Positions 35,768-44,350 of a stretch of DNA of 64,000 bases are shown one piece after another. Source of the DNA: a virus. Position numbers and translations under genes: made by a program. How positions within the stretch are numbered: position 1 is the stretch's first letter; each line of letters begins with the position of its first letter. Under the pieces are notes generated by a model, which worked only from the letters and a program-made list of their open reading frames with translations, had not been told where the DNA came from and did not search any database. Location: the IMG/VR virus record IMGVR_UViG_3300045988_098585, one strand, 5' to 3'.

Positions 35768-36493
35768 ATGGAAGAAATAATCAAAATTACTGAGCATAAC
35801 GGCAAACGTGCTGTCAATGCAAGAGAACTACATCAGTTCTTGGAGAGCAAATATCAGTTTGCTAATTGGATTCAAGAAAGAATCACTAAATATGGTTTTG
35901 TTGAAAATCAGGATTATGAGGTTTTTAAGGAAAATCTTAAAAACTCAAATGGAGGAAGACCGCAAACAGAATATGCCCTTTCCGTTGATATGGCAAAGGA
36001 GCTTTCAATGGTAGAAAACAACGAGAAAGGTCGCCTTGCACGCAAATACTTTATTGAGTGTGAGAAGATAGCAAGAGAAGTAGCTATGGCTTCCTATCAG
36101 ATAGAGGACCCCATCAAGCGTGCTGAGCGTTGGATTGAAGAGCAGAAAGAAAAGAAAGCACTCGAAGCAAAGAACCTTGAAATGCAACCAAAGGCGCATT
36201 ACTTCGATGAGCTTGTTGAACGCTCCCTGCTTACAGGTTTTCGTGATACCGCAAAGGAACTTGGCTTAAAGCAGTCTGAGTTTATCAAAATTCTTATTGA
36301 TAGGGGATATATCTATCGTACTCCAAAAGGCGAGCTAAGACCGATTGCTAAATATACAAATGATTTATTTGAATTAAAAGACTTTAAGAGCATAAGCAGC
36401 GACCACGCAGGGGTGCGGACTTGGATAACCGTCAAAGGGAAGAAGGTTTTTCAGTTGTTGTTTGGGAGGAAACAACCTATTAGAAACGATTAG
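35768..36493 (+). CDS. phage antirepressor (AntA/ORF6N-type N-terminus plus KilAC C-terminus)
   Basis: NGKRAVNARELHQFLESKYQFANWIQERITKYGFVENQDYEVF and PKAHYFDELVERSLLTGFRDTAKELGLKQSEFIKILIDRGYIY. Confidence 0.8.
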   Translation: MEEIIKITEHNGKRAVNARELHQFLESKYQFANWIQERITKYGFVENQDYEVFKENLKNSNGGRPQTEYALSVDMAKELSMVENNEKGRLARKYFIECEKIAREVAMASYQIEDPIKRAERWIEEQKEKKALEAKNLEMQPKAHYFDELVERSLLTGFRDTAKELGLKQSEFIKILIDRGYIYRTPKGELRPIAKYTNDLFELKDFKSISSDHAGVRTWITVKGKKVFQLLFGRKQPIRND

Positions 36494-36557
36494 AAATAAT
36501 AGTTTTCTTTAGCAAACCTATTAAGTTCTATTAATAACCTATTTTTGTGGGGAAAAA

Positions 36558-36589
36558 TTTGGTAGTTCGCAGATTTCTTTTTAATTTTG
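36558..36589 (+). promoter_or_regulatory. early-class promoter with ~225-nt leader before antirepressor 2
   Basis: TTTG 36558..36561, N20, TAATTTTGCGG 36582..36592. The next credible ATG is at 36822. Confidence 0.6.
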
Positions 36590-36821
36590 CGGCGTTCAAT
36601 AAATAATTGTGGCGAGGTTGGAAGCTCTGCCGCATCAAGGTAGGGCATTTTTTATGCTCGCTTCTTAATGGATTACGATATACGTGTATCGCTCCCCTTG
36701 GGTGTATTGTAATGGTGCATCCGTGCTTTCCACAATTAGGCATTGAACAAAGGGGTAAAGCGGTACACTCTTTTTGTTGTATCAACCCCACAAGTTGTTA
36801 ATGTTCAAAAATAATTGTAAG

Positions 36822-37613
36822 ATGAACGATGTGCAAATTTTTAACTCTCCTATGTTTGGAGACCTCCGTGTTGTTCGGGATGAGAAAGGCGAACTGCTTT
36901 TCTGTCTAAAGGATGTTTGTAATTCACTCGAATTACAAGTTACAAAGGTAAAGGATAGACTTACCCCCTTCCTCCCTACTATTAAGGTAGGGGTAGTAAC
37001 TGGCAAGAAGTCTGATGGTTCAGATTCTATTCAGTATATAGATATGTACTTTGTTACAGAGCCAGACCTTTATCGTTGTATTTTCCAATCTCGCAAGTCT
37101 TCCGCTCGCAAGTTCCAAGATTGGGTTTTTGATGAGGTTCTTCCAGCTCTTCGAAAAGATGGTGGCTATATCGTTTCAACCGATGAAGATACCGAGGAAG
37201 ACATCATTGCTCGTGGTCTTATCGCTGCGAAGGCAGCACTATCACGTAAAGAGCAGCGTGTTCGTGAGCTTGAAGCTCAGACCGAACAGCAGGCGCAGAC
37301 CATCGGCATTCAGCAGAAAGAATTGACTGTAGCCGCACCAAAGGTAAAGTACTACGATGATACACTTGCATCAACGGACTGCCTTACCACCACACAGGTT
37401 GCTGACGACCTTGGCATCAGCGCAAAAGCACTTAATCAGCAGCTCGCCAATGCAGGTATTCAATACTTCCAATCAGGTTCTTGGCATTTGAAGGGTGTGT
37501 TCCGTGAGTGGAAGCTTGCAAGTACAAGAACCTATAATTATATCAAGGGTGATGGTTCTACGGGTACAAAGGTAAACCTCGTATGGAATCAACGTGGCAA
37601 GCGTTTTATCTGA
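36822..37613 (+). pseudogene. BRO-N/KilAC antirepressor, C-terminally truncated by IS21 insertion
   Basis: Start moved to ATG 36822 (MNDVQIFNSPMFGDLRVV, BRO-N) and KilAC (PKVKYYDDTLASTDCLTTTQVADDLGIS). The stop codon TGA at 37611..37613 is the first 3 nt of the IS. The original last 32 codons lie at 40245..40343. Confidence 0.8.
37604..37610. repeat. IS21 target-site duplication, left copy (TTTTATC)
   Basis: Identical 7-mer at 40238..40244, immediately outside the other IS end. Confidence 0.8.
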
Positions 37614-37802
37614 CAGTATCGGCGATTCGGTACCACTATAGCGCATGAATCGGTACCATCATAGCACTGCATTCGGTACCATCGTATCACTTGAATCGGT
37701 ACCATCATAGCGCACCAATCGGTACCAAAAAGATGTAAAGTTCTGCTCATGTAAAATAATAACCGCCTATCTTTGCAATAGAATTTTAAATTTTGCATAG
37801 AT

Positions 37803-39359
37803 ATGGCACAAAGTAATGTAAACATGAGCAAATTAAAACGTTCATTTCAAATGCTAGCGGCAAAAATACCGCAACGCACCATTTGCGAGCAACTACACAT
37901 GGGACGTGGTGTACTTAACCGGTACAAGACCTTGGCGGATTCCCAAGGTTTGTCCTATGGTGTGATAGGCTGCATGAGTGACGGGGAAATAGAATCTTTC
38001 CTCCAGTTGTCCAAACCCACAGCAGCCCCTTCCTCCCAACGTCAGGTGCTGGACGGACTGTTGCCAGAATATGTATCAGACTTGTCGCATAACCGCTACC
38101 TCACCATTCAAGCCCTGCACGAGTCATACAAGAAGGAGCATCCCGACGGATATGGATACACCCAGTTCAAGAAGTCAATCCGTGAGTATCAGTACTCACA
38201 CAACCTCAGCTTCCATAACACCTATATTCCTGGGGAAGAGATGCAGATTGACTTTGCCGGCGATGCCCTGTGGCTTACCGACCCGAAGACAGGTGAGCTA
38301 ACCAAGGTTGTCGTCTTGGTCTGTATCCTGCCATACAGCGGCTTGGGATTTGCCAAGGCTATGTACAACGCTTCCATGGAGAATTTCTTCGGCGGTATAT
38401 CCGATGCCTTCTCTTACTTCGGCGGAACGACTCGCATAGCCAAGAGTGACAACATGAAGCAGTGGGTGAAGAAATACGACCGCTACGAGCCAGCGTTCAA
38501 TGATGCAGCCGTGGAATGGGCCGCCTACTACGATACATCACTCCAAACCTGCAGGGTTCGCACTCCCAGGGACAAAGGTCCAGTCGAGGGACTCGTCCAA
38601 AAGACATACAATGCCGTCTACGCTCTGCTACATGACGAGGTGTTTTACAATCTACCGAGTATGAATGCCCGTATCTATGAGTTGATGGACGGCTTCAATG
38701 AAAAGCCGTCCAGAACGACAGGGAGAAGCAGACGTGACATCTTCGAGGCGGAAGAGCAACCTACGTTGGGCAAACTGCCCATGACTCCATACCGCTTCAG
38801 ATATCGCAAGGAGGTGAAACTGTCCGGGACCTATCACGTCATGGTTGACAAGCACAACTATAGCGTGCCATACCAGTATGTCGGGCAAAAGGTGAGCGTA
38901 CTGTGGGACTTGGATACCGTGGAGGTTTACTCCGGGAGTTCTCGCATAGCCATCCATCAGCGTCGCCAAGGATCTGGGTACAGCACACTTGACGAGCATA
39001 TGCCAGACAAACATCTTGCCTACAAGCACGGACAGGGATATAACGCCGCCTATTTTCTGGAGGAGGCGGCATTGGTTGGCAGCAACACCACTGCCGCAGT
39101 CCAATCCATCCTCAATCGCACGAAGCATGTCGAGCAGTCGTACAAGTCCTGCCAGGGAGTCCTGTCTCTCAAGCGCAAGTATGGCAAGGAGCGTCTGGAG
39201 AAGGCCTGCAAGCGTCTGGCAGGTTGTTCATCCATCACCTACACGACCATCCGCAACGTGTTGGAGAAGAACCTTGACCAAGTTGACGGGGAAGAAACCG
39301 TCTCAAATGTGCCACAGAACGACTATGTGAGAGGCGCAGAGGCATTTATGAACATTTAA
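37803..39359 (+). CDS. istA: IS21-family transposase IstA
   Basis: 518 aa. N-terminal HTH (ICEQLHMGRGVLNRYK), a DDE-type core, and the typical size and position before istB. Confidence 0.85.
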   Translation: MAQSNVNMSKLKRSFQMLAAKIPQRTICEQLHMGRGVLNRYKTLADSQGLSYGVIGCMSDGEIESFLQLSKPTAAPSSQRQVLDGLLPEYVSDLSHNRYLTIQALHESYKKEHPDGYGYTQFKKSIREYQYSHNLSFHNTYIPGEEMQIDFAGDALWLTDPKTGELTKVVVLVCILPYSGLGFAKAMYNASMENFFGGISDAFSYFGGTTRIAKSDNMKQWVKKYDRYEPAFNDAAVEWAAYYDTSLQTCRVRTPRDKGPVEGLVQKTYNAVYALLHDEVFYNLPSMNARIYELMDGFNEKPSRTTGRSRRDIFEAEEQPTLGKLPMTPYRFRYRKEVKLSGTYHVMVDKHNYSVPYQYVGQKVSVLWDLDTVEVYSGSSRIAIHQRRQGSGYSTLDEHMPDKHLAYKHGQGYNAAYFLEEAALVGSNTTAAVQSILNRTKHVEQSYKSCQGVLSLKRKYGKERLEKACKRLAGCSSITYTTIRNVLEKNLDQVDGEETVSNVPQNDYVRGAEAFMNI

Positions 39360-39373
39360 ATATATATAGTAAC

Positions 39374-40105
39374 ATGAACTTACAAGAAACCATCATACAA
39401 CTCAACGAGTTGAAGCTCAGAGGTATGTCATCCTCCTTCGAGGCCATGACCAGCCTTCCTGTACAGAACCGCCCATCCCTGGAAGTCGCCATCTCCAAGA
39501 TGGTGGATGCAGAGGTGCAGGACAGACGAGATCGAAAGACCGCCATGTATCTAAAAATCAGCAAGCTTAGATATACGGCGCTCTTAGAGGATGTCATCTG
39601 TGGAACAGACCGCAACTTCACCAAGGATGACCTTGCCGCCATTGCCGACTGTGCCTTCATACGCAGGCATGAAAACTTGCTCATACAAGGAAAGTGTGGC
39701 TGCGGAAAATCCTTTCTTGCCTGTGCCCTTGGAAGACAGGCTTGCATGCTAGGCTATAGAACTCTCTATCTCAACATGAACAGCTTTGTGGAGAAAGTTG
39801 CACTCAGCAAGCTGGATGGGTCGTACCTGAAGATGATAACCAATCTGGAAAAGTATGACTTGCTCATATGGGATGACTTCGGGTTGCAGCCAATAGATGA
39901 CAAGACCAGACTCGCAATGCTCCAAATTTTAGAAGAGAGATATGAGAGAAAGTCTGTCATTATCGCCTCACAGCTTCCTATTGCCAAATGGTATGATTAC
40001 ATAGGTGATCCTACCTTGGCAGATGCCATTATGGACCGTTTGGTTGCAAATGCAAGTAAAATAGAGTTAAAAGGCGATTCTATGCGCCAGAAATTGAAAA
40101 AATAG
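39374..40105 (+). CDS. istB: IS21-family helper ATPase IstB
   Basis: Walker A GKCGCGKS and Walker B LLIWDDFG. Confidence 0.9.
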   Translation: MNLQETIIQLNELKLRGMSSSFEAMTSLPVQNRPSLEVAISKMVDAEVQDRRDRKTAMYLKISKLRYTALLEDVICGTDRNFTKDDLAAIADCAFIRRHENLLIQGKCGCGKSFLACALGRQACMLGYRTLYLNMNSFVEKVALSKLDGSYLKMITNLEKYDLLIWDDFGLQPIDDKTRLAMLQILEERYERKSVIIASQLPIAKWYDYIGDPTLADAIMDRLVANASKIELKGDSMRQKLKK

Positions 40106-40237
40106 ATTACCTTTGCAAATTGAAAAGCAGAACTGAAATCTTGGTACCGCTTGCAGCGATACAAGCGGTACCGATTGCAGTGATAGTATGGTACCGATTA
40201 CACCGCTACGCGTGGTACCGATACAGCGCTATCGTCA

Positions 40238-40244
40238 TTTTATC
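40238..40244. repeat. IS21 target-site duplication, right copy (TTTTATC)
   Basis: See 37604..37610. Confidence 0.8.
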
Positions 40245-40343
40245 CTTGCCCTTTATAACAATAACTTTAATGTGAAGGCAGCTATCGCCGAGATAAACGG
40301 CGAGAAGGCAGCTCAAAGTGCAAATAATCAGTCTAACAATTAA
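40245..40343 (+). pseudogene. orphaned 3' end (32 codons plus stop) of the disrupted antirepressor
   Basis: Removing the IS and one TSD copy restores ...GKRFI-LALYNNNFNVKAAIAEINGEKAAQSANNQSNN* in frame. Confidence 0.75.
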
Positions 40344-40363
40344 TCAATAAGGAGAAAGTAATC

Positions 40364-40609
40364 ATGGAGAATAAAGATAATCAGGTTCAATACTCAGTAA
40401 GCGATAAGACTGTGCGGTGCATCGCCCTGTTAAAGGAGGTTGTCGCCGTTCAGGAGAAGGCTCTTACATACTTTGCAAGCGAGGGTATCGAGGATTCAAA
40501 GGAAGCTGAGACCTTCGCTGAGAGTATGGGTAACGCCATTAAGGCATTCGGTGGCATCTTGGGCGATAAGGTCTATCAGAATGTGATTGATGGCTGTAAG
40601 GCGATATAA
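40364..40609 (+). CDS. hypothetical protein
   Basis: 81-aa ORF with AAGGAGAAAGTAATCATG start context. Confidence 0.45.
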   Translation: MENKDNQVQYSVSDKTVRCIALLKEVVAVQEKALTYFASEGIEDSKEAETFAESMGNAIKAFGGILGDKVYQNVIDGCKAI

Positions 40610-40693
40610 TTGCGATATAAGTTCAATTTAGGTCGAAACGATGATACTACTTCGGCACGCCTAAATATAATACATAAGAAAAGAGTGGGGCGG

Positions 40694-41626
40694 TTATACC
40701 TCACTCTTTATCTTTTCTATATATGGCTTGAATATCTTTGCCGCTTTCTTGTACGCTTCAAGCAACCAGGCGAAGATAGGTTTCCAATCATCTTGCTCAT
40801 AACCGCCGTTTTCGTAGTTCGTGGCGAAGATAACGCTTGTTTTGTTATCCTCGGCGATATTCCACTGAAGGAGCGGTTTTCCAAAAGCCTCATTGATAGA
40901 ATCCTTATCCTTTTCAATCATTCGGTAATGCTTCTTGTTTTCAGTCTTATCAGAACCGTCAAGCAACAAACGGACAGATACAGAACCTTTGCGGATGAAA
41001 AGGTCATAATGTACCTTTGTAGTTCCTGTTGATATATTCATCCAGTGATAGCTCTGTGGCATCTTTTGAAAATTCGCTCCGTTCTTGCTTGCATACTCAT
41101 TGAATGCCGTCCAAAACTCAATCAACCTTTGCTCGGTATCAGACTTCGGTGAAGCTTCATTCTTCTCATAAGGTGGTTGGCTTGCAATATCGAATAGAAG
41201 TGCAGGTTTTGAATCGCCAATACTTACAGCCGTAACCTCCACAAGGAAGAAGTTGCACTGTATGGTTGAGTCGTTCAGCATCTGAATGGCACTGATATGT
41301 TCCGCTCTCGCTTTCTCTACTATCCATACAGCATAGTCGGCATGGTGGTGGGCGGCATACGTTATCACCTTTCCAAGATGGTCTGAATCGCTATCGCCGA
41401 ACTGGTTTTCTATGATTATGCTTTTTTCGCCATCGTCTCCAGCTTTGGCTACAATATCAACCTTCATCGTTTCTAACTTATGCTCTTTCTCTGCCTCAGA
41501 TATATTGATACCAAGCTTTTCAGCCAGTACACCAATATTCTTTGTAAGCCAAGGGGTGAAGCCTGAAGCCTCTCCATCAAAAATTTCTTTTAATGGGTGT
41601 ACGTTTATGCGGTCTATCTCTTTCAT
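40694..41626 (-). CDS. PD-(D/E)XK nuclease-like N-terminus plus DUF4268-like C-terminus
   Basis: VDIVAKAGDDGEKSIIIENQFGDSDSDHLGKVITYAAHHHADYAVWIV (D..ExQ..HLG signature), then EFWTAFNEYASKNG...YHWMNISTG... resembling DUF4268. Confidence 0.55.
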   Translation of the reverse strand: MKEIDRINVHPLKEIFDGEASGFTPWLTKNIGVLAEKLGINISEAEKEHKLETMKVDIVAKAGDDGEKSIIIENQFGDSDSDHLGKVITYAAHHHADYAVWIVEKARAEHISAIQMLNDSTIQCNFFLVEVTAVSIGDSKPALLFDIASQPPYEKNEASPKSDTEQRLIEFWTAFNEYASKNGANFQKMPQSYHWMNISTGTTKVHYDLFIRKGSVSVRLLLDGSDKTENKKHYRMIEKDKDSINEAFGKPLLQWNIAEDNKTSVIFATNYENGGYEQDDWKPIFAWLLEAYKKAAKIFKPYIEKIKSEV

Positions 41627-42192
41627 TGTATATTAATTAGTTCATTTCTGTCTATTGCAGGGGCTTTCTTTTTATCAGAATCTAAATCGAGTATATATTT
41701 TTGAGGATAGCTTATACAATGTAGGAAAAACTTCTTTTTCCCACCGACAATATTAGCCTTAACAACAAAGGAGTCATTTCTATAAAAATATGAGTTGTTA
41801 TCATTGAGAGCAAAATAACCTTTTATCTTCTTTTTTATAGTTTCTTTATCAATAGGCGTTTGCTCGTACCCGTTTTCGGTGAGTACATAAAGAAGTTTTC
41901 CGTTACCTTGTAATTCTAAATCCGTATATTGGTAATCTTGCCCAACAATAATAAAGTTACCTGTTTGTTCGCCGAGATATTTATCTACATAATTATATCC
42001 TATAAGGCTATATACATTAGATAACACAACTGTATCTTTATTCATTTCATCAATAGTATGAGTAGAGATATATTGTTTGATAGTCTGTTTGGTTATATCT
42101 GGTACGGGTGATAAGCTTGTTATCTTTTGTTGTGCGTTAGCTGCTATACAAAAGAGAAGTCCACTAAATACACATATCTTCTTTATCTGTTC
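41623..42192 (-). CDS. secreted protein or lipoprotein
   Basis: Start taken at MEQIKKICVFSGLLFCIAANAQQ (signal peptide with a possible lipobox Cys). Overlaps the downstream gene by 4 nt. Confidence 0.5.
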   Translation of the reverse strand, partial: EQIKKICVFSGLLFCIAANAQQKITSLSPVPDITKQTIKQYISTHTIDEMNKDTVVLSNVYSLIGYNYVDKYLGEQTGNFIIVGQDYQYTDLELQGNGKLLYVLTENGYEQTPIDKETIKKKIKGYFALNDNNSYFYRNDSFVVKANIVGGKKKFFLHCISYPQKYILDLDSDKKKAPAIDRNELINIQ

Positions 42193-42196
42193 CATA

Positions 42197-42424
42197 TTAA
42201 TGTTTATAAATTGCACGATACCTATTTAAAACACGCTCTGCGGCGTTATCTTTTCCTTGTTTGGTATATACTAAGGCAAGGCGAAGATAGCCCGTTCTGC
42301 GCAAGCGACCGAGGTACATCATCCGCTCGTAGCAATATGATGCCCTGCTAAGTATTCCTTCTTTAAGATAGCATTGAGCCATTGCCGCCAACTCCTTTGG
42401 TGATGCGTCATAAATCTGTTTCAT
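42197..42424 (-). CDS. small TPR-like protein
   Basis: 75 aa. AAMAQCYLKEGILSRASYCYERMMYLG...LALVYTKQGKDNAAERVLNRY looks like two TPR-like helical pairs. Confidence 0.4.
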   Translation of the reverse strand: MKQIYDASPKELAAMAQCYLKEGILSRASYCYERMMYLGRLRRTGYLRLALVYTKQGKDNAAERVLNRYRAIYKH

Positions 42425-42449
42425 AACTCGTCTGATTTGGTTATGAATG

Positions 42450-42457
42450 CAAAGATA
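42450..42457 (-). promoter_or_regulatory. -7 box (TATCTTTG on minus strand) for the three-gene island
   Basis: CAAAGATA on plus, 26 nt upstream of ATG 42424. Confidence 0.4.
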
Positions 42458-42529
42458 GCAAAAAATGGATTAATATTATATTATATATCATATTTTATAT
42501 AAAATTATCTTTAATTCACCATACAAATC

Positions 42530-42647
42530 AAAAATAATATTAAACACTAATAGAAAGCTAATAGAAAATTTGTTTATCTGAAAATTAAATATTAATTTTG
42601 CGGTATAAATAATTAATAACAACAATTAAAGTTTAGGAGATACAACA
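42530..42647 (+). promoter_or_regulatory. early promoter-leader cassette copy 3
   Basis: TTTG 42569..42572, N20, TAATTTTG 42593..42600, then the leader AATTAATAACAACAATTAAAGTTTAGGAGATACAACAATG. Confidence 0.7.
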
Positions 42648-43022
42648 ATGACAACAATGACAACAAAAGATGTAGAGAAGCTTTTAGTTAAGCTTACAGA
42701 TGAGCAGAAACAACTTCTTAAGGATGCAATTAACTTTGGAAGTTTTGGTGATGACGAGTGTAGATTTTATAATGAAAATAACGAACTCGACTATTATCCT
42801 TGCTACGGCTTCTGCGCAAATGATGCAAAGAAAGCAGGGAATTTTAGCGGCAGAAAAATATCGGCAATGTTTCGCTCAATTTACAGTAAACTCTGCGATA
42901 AGTACGGCAAAGGCAAATTTTTTAGTCATATCTCAGATGCTTGGGGTGATGGTTCTGGCGATATGTTCTATATAAAGACAGGCTATTATTACGCATTTAT
43001 TGATTGGGCTGAGGGGAAATAA
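42648..43022 (+). CDS. hypothetical protein
   Basis: 124-aa ORF behind cassette 3. Confidence 0.5.
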   Translation: MTTMTTKDVEKLLVKLTDEQKQLLKDAINFGSFGDDECRFYNENNELDYYPCYGFCANDAKKAGNFSGRKISAMFRSIYSKLCDKYGKGKFFSHISDAWGDGSGDMFYIKTGYYYAFIDWAEGK

Positions 43023-43034
43023 TAATAGTAAATA

Positions 43035-43054
43035 GGGGCAGGGGTTCCTGCCCT
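43035..43054 (+). terminator. hairpin GGGGCAGG-GGTT-CCTGCCCT
   Basis: 8-bp stem directly upstream of the next initiation motif. Weak T tract. Confidence 0.35.
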
Positions 43055-43075
43055 ATAAATTTAGGAGATACGACA

Positions 43076-43354
43076 ATGAAACGGTTTGAAGATTACGAAA
43101 AAGCTTATAATAAATGCTATGAGCTTTTGCAAAAACTCACAGCATTGATAAAAGAGACAGATGGAAATATTACTCTACAGATAAAGTTTACTTATCATGA
43201 TAGATACCCAAAACTTTCTGTTATATACTATTGTAATTACCTATACTCATTTCTTCCACAAGAAGATGGTACATTTGTCATTTCTACAGACAACAAAATC
43301 TATACAATGGATGAAATTGAGGCGAAGATAAGAAAGAATTGTTTATTAGACTAA
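43076..43354 (+). CDS. hypothetical protein
   Basis: 92-aa ORF. GGAGATAC at 43064..43071. Confidence 0.5.
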   Translation: MKRFEDYEKAYNKCYELLQKLTALIKETDGNITLQIKFTYHDRYPKLSVIYYCNYLYSFLPQEDGTFVISTDNKIYTMDEIEAKIRKNCLLD

Positions 43355-43359
43355 AGGAT

Positions 43360-43494
43360 ATGAGCAAGCAAGAATTTCTAAGCAAGTGTTATAGCTGTAA
43401 CGAGTATAACACTTGCTATAATTCAATATTATATAGATTAGGCTGTGGTACTTATCTGGCTTATCTTGAAACCAATAATTATTTAGATGAATGA
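43360..43494 (+). CDS. small Cys-rich hypothetical protein (44 aa)
   Basis: MSKQEFLSKCYSCNEYNTCYNSILYRLGCGTYLAYLETNNYLDE. Below the track cutoff. Confidence 0.35.
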   Translation: MSKQEFLSKCYSCNEYNTCYNSILYRLGCGTYLAYLETNNYLDE

Positions 43495-43503
43495 GAATAA
43501 GAT

Positions 43504-43815
43504 ATGTATAAAGAAGGCGATATTTTAATATTGGAGAATGATTGGAGAGGAGAACATTGTGTCTTCATCCTACATAAAGTACATAACGAAGATTGGATAG
43601 AAGCTCACGCTAAGTATTCTTTCATATTCAAAAAATTAGGAATAGGGGCAGGCAATACCTCTACGAATGTAAAGTACTCTACAGGGTATCTAAGAAAAGC
43701 AAATGATACAGAAAGAGACTACTCATTAGGGATAATGAAGGATAAGGGCTATTCCTATGATTTTAAGAAGAATAAACTGTTACATTTATTCAATTATGAA
43801 AAAGGAAGAGATTAA
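43504..43815 (+). CDS. hypothetical protein
   Basis: 103-aa ORF. Confidence 0.45.
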   Translation: MYKEGDILILENDWRGEHCVFILHKVHNEDWIEAHAKYSFIFKKLGIGAGNTSTNVKYSTGYLRKANDTERDYSLGIMKDKGYSYDFKKNKLLHLFNYEKGRD

Positions 43816-43914
43816 GATAAATGAGCATTGTAAGCACTATTTCTTAGGCTTCTGCCACTTCTATTTAGGTGGCTGCTGCTCTGGTATTAAATGCGGATAT
43901 AAATAATTAAGATT

Positions 43915-44136
43915 ATGGCAAAGTTTATTGAGGTAAAATATAAAGGGCATTGTACCCTTGTTAATATAGATAATATCGCTTACGTTGAACCTTCACGGAA
44001 TGGCGATATAGCAACATCTATAAAGCTTAATTGCAAGACCACACCAACGGGCGGTCAAGTAGTTCTCTGCGAGGATGATTACCACACATTCCTGGGTAGA
44101 TTAGAGAATCTTACAAAAGTTGAAAAAGCCGAATAA
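43915..44136 (+). CDS. hypothetical protein
   Basis: 73-aa ORF. Confidence 0.45.
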   Translation: MAKFIEVKYKGHCTLVNIDNIAYVEPSRNGDIATSIKLNCKTTPTGGQVVLCEDDYHTFLGRLENLTKVEKAE

Positions 44137-44215
44137 GATATGAGAGCATTTGACGTACTTTTAGCCTTGCATCGCTTGGTGTATGACGTTTATCACGTTG
44201 CTTTGAAAGAGTTCT

Positions 44216-44326
44216 CATAAAGAAAAAGCACCGCCCTCGGAGATACGGATAAGGGCGATGCTGAATGTAAACAGTTGTTTTGTTTAACGTTGTGAGCACA
44301 TAGGAGATACGCACTCGATACAACAA
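44216..44326 (-). ncRNA. candidate ~110-nt antisense-type sRNA carrying anti-initiation-motif sequences
   Basis: Minus-strand -7 box TACTTTTG (44340..44333). Minus-strand terminator: stem 44228..44261, then CTTTTTCTTT. The RNA would contain UUGUUGUAUC, GUAUCUCCUAU and CCGUAUCUCCG. Confidence 0.3.
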
Positions 44327-44350
44327 TTAATGCAAAAGTAACAAAAAATA

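Larger units (their letters stand above)
37611..40237 (+). mobile_element. IS21-family insertion sequence (istA-istB), 2627 bp
   Basis: Imperfect terminal inverted repeats TGACAGTATCGGCGATTCGGTACC / TGACGATAGCGCTGTATCGGTACC (16 of 24 match). Five TCGGTACCA repeats at exact 23-bp spacing (37627, 37650, 37673, 37696, 37719) and four inverted copies at 40143, 40167, 40190, 40214. 7-bp TSD. Confidence 0.9.

Noticed and set aside
36531-36801. ORFs of 86 aa (minus) and 64 aa (plus) inside the long antirepressor leader.
   Set aside because: They have no start context, an odd composition (Cys/Pro/His-rich), and overlap predicted RNA stems. The region is treated as untranslated leader.
37627-37727. 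Five evenly spaced (23 bp) TCGGTACCA repeats that superficially resemble a small CRISPR-like array.
   Set aside because: The repeats are only 9 bp and lie at the terminus of the IS21 element. They are mirrored by four inverted copies at the other end (40143..40220). They are best read as multiple transposase-binding terminal repeats, and there are no cas genes.
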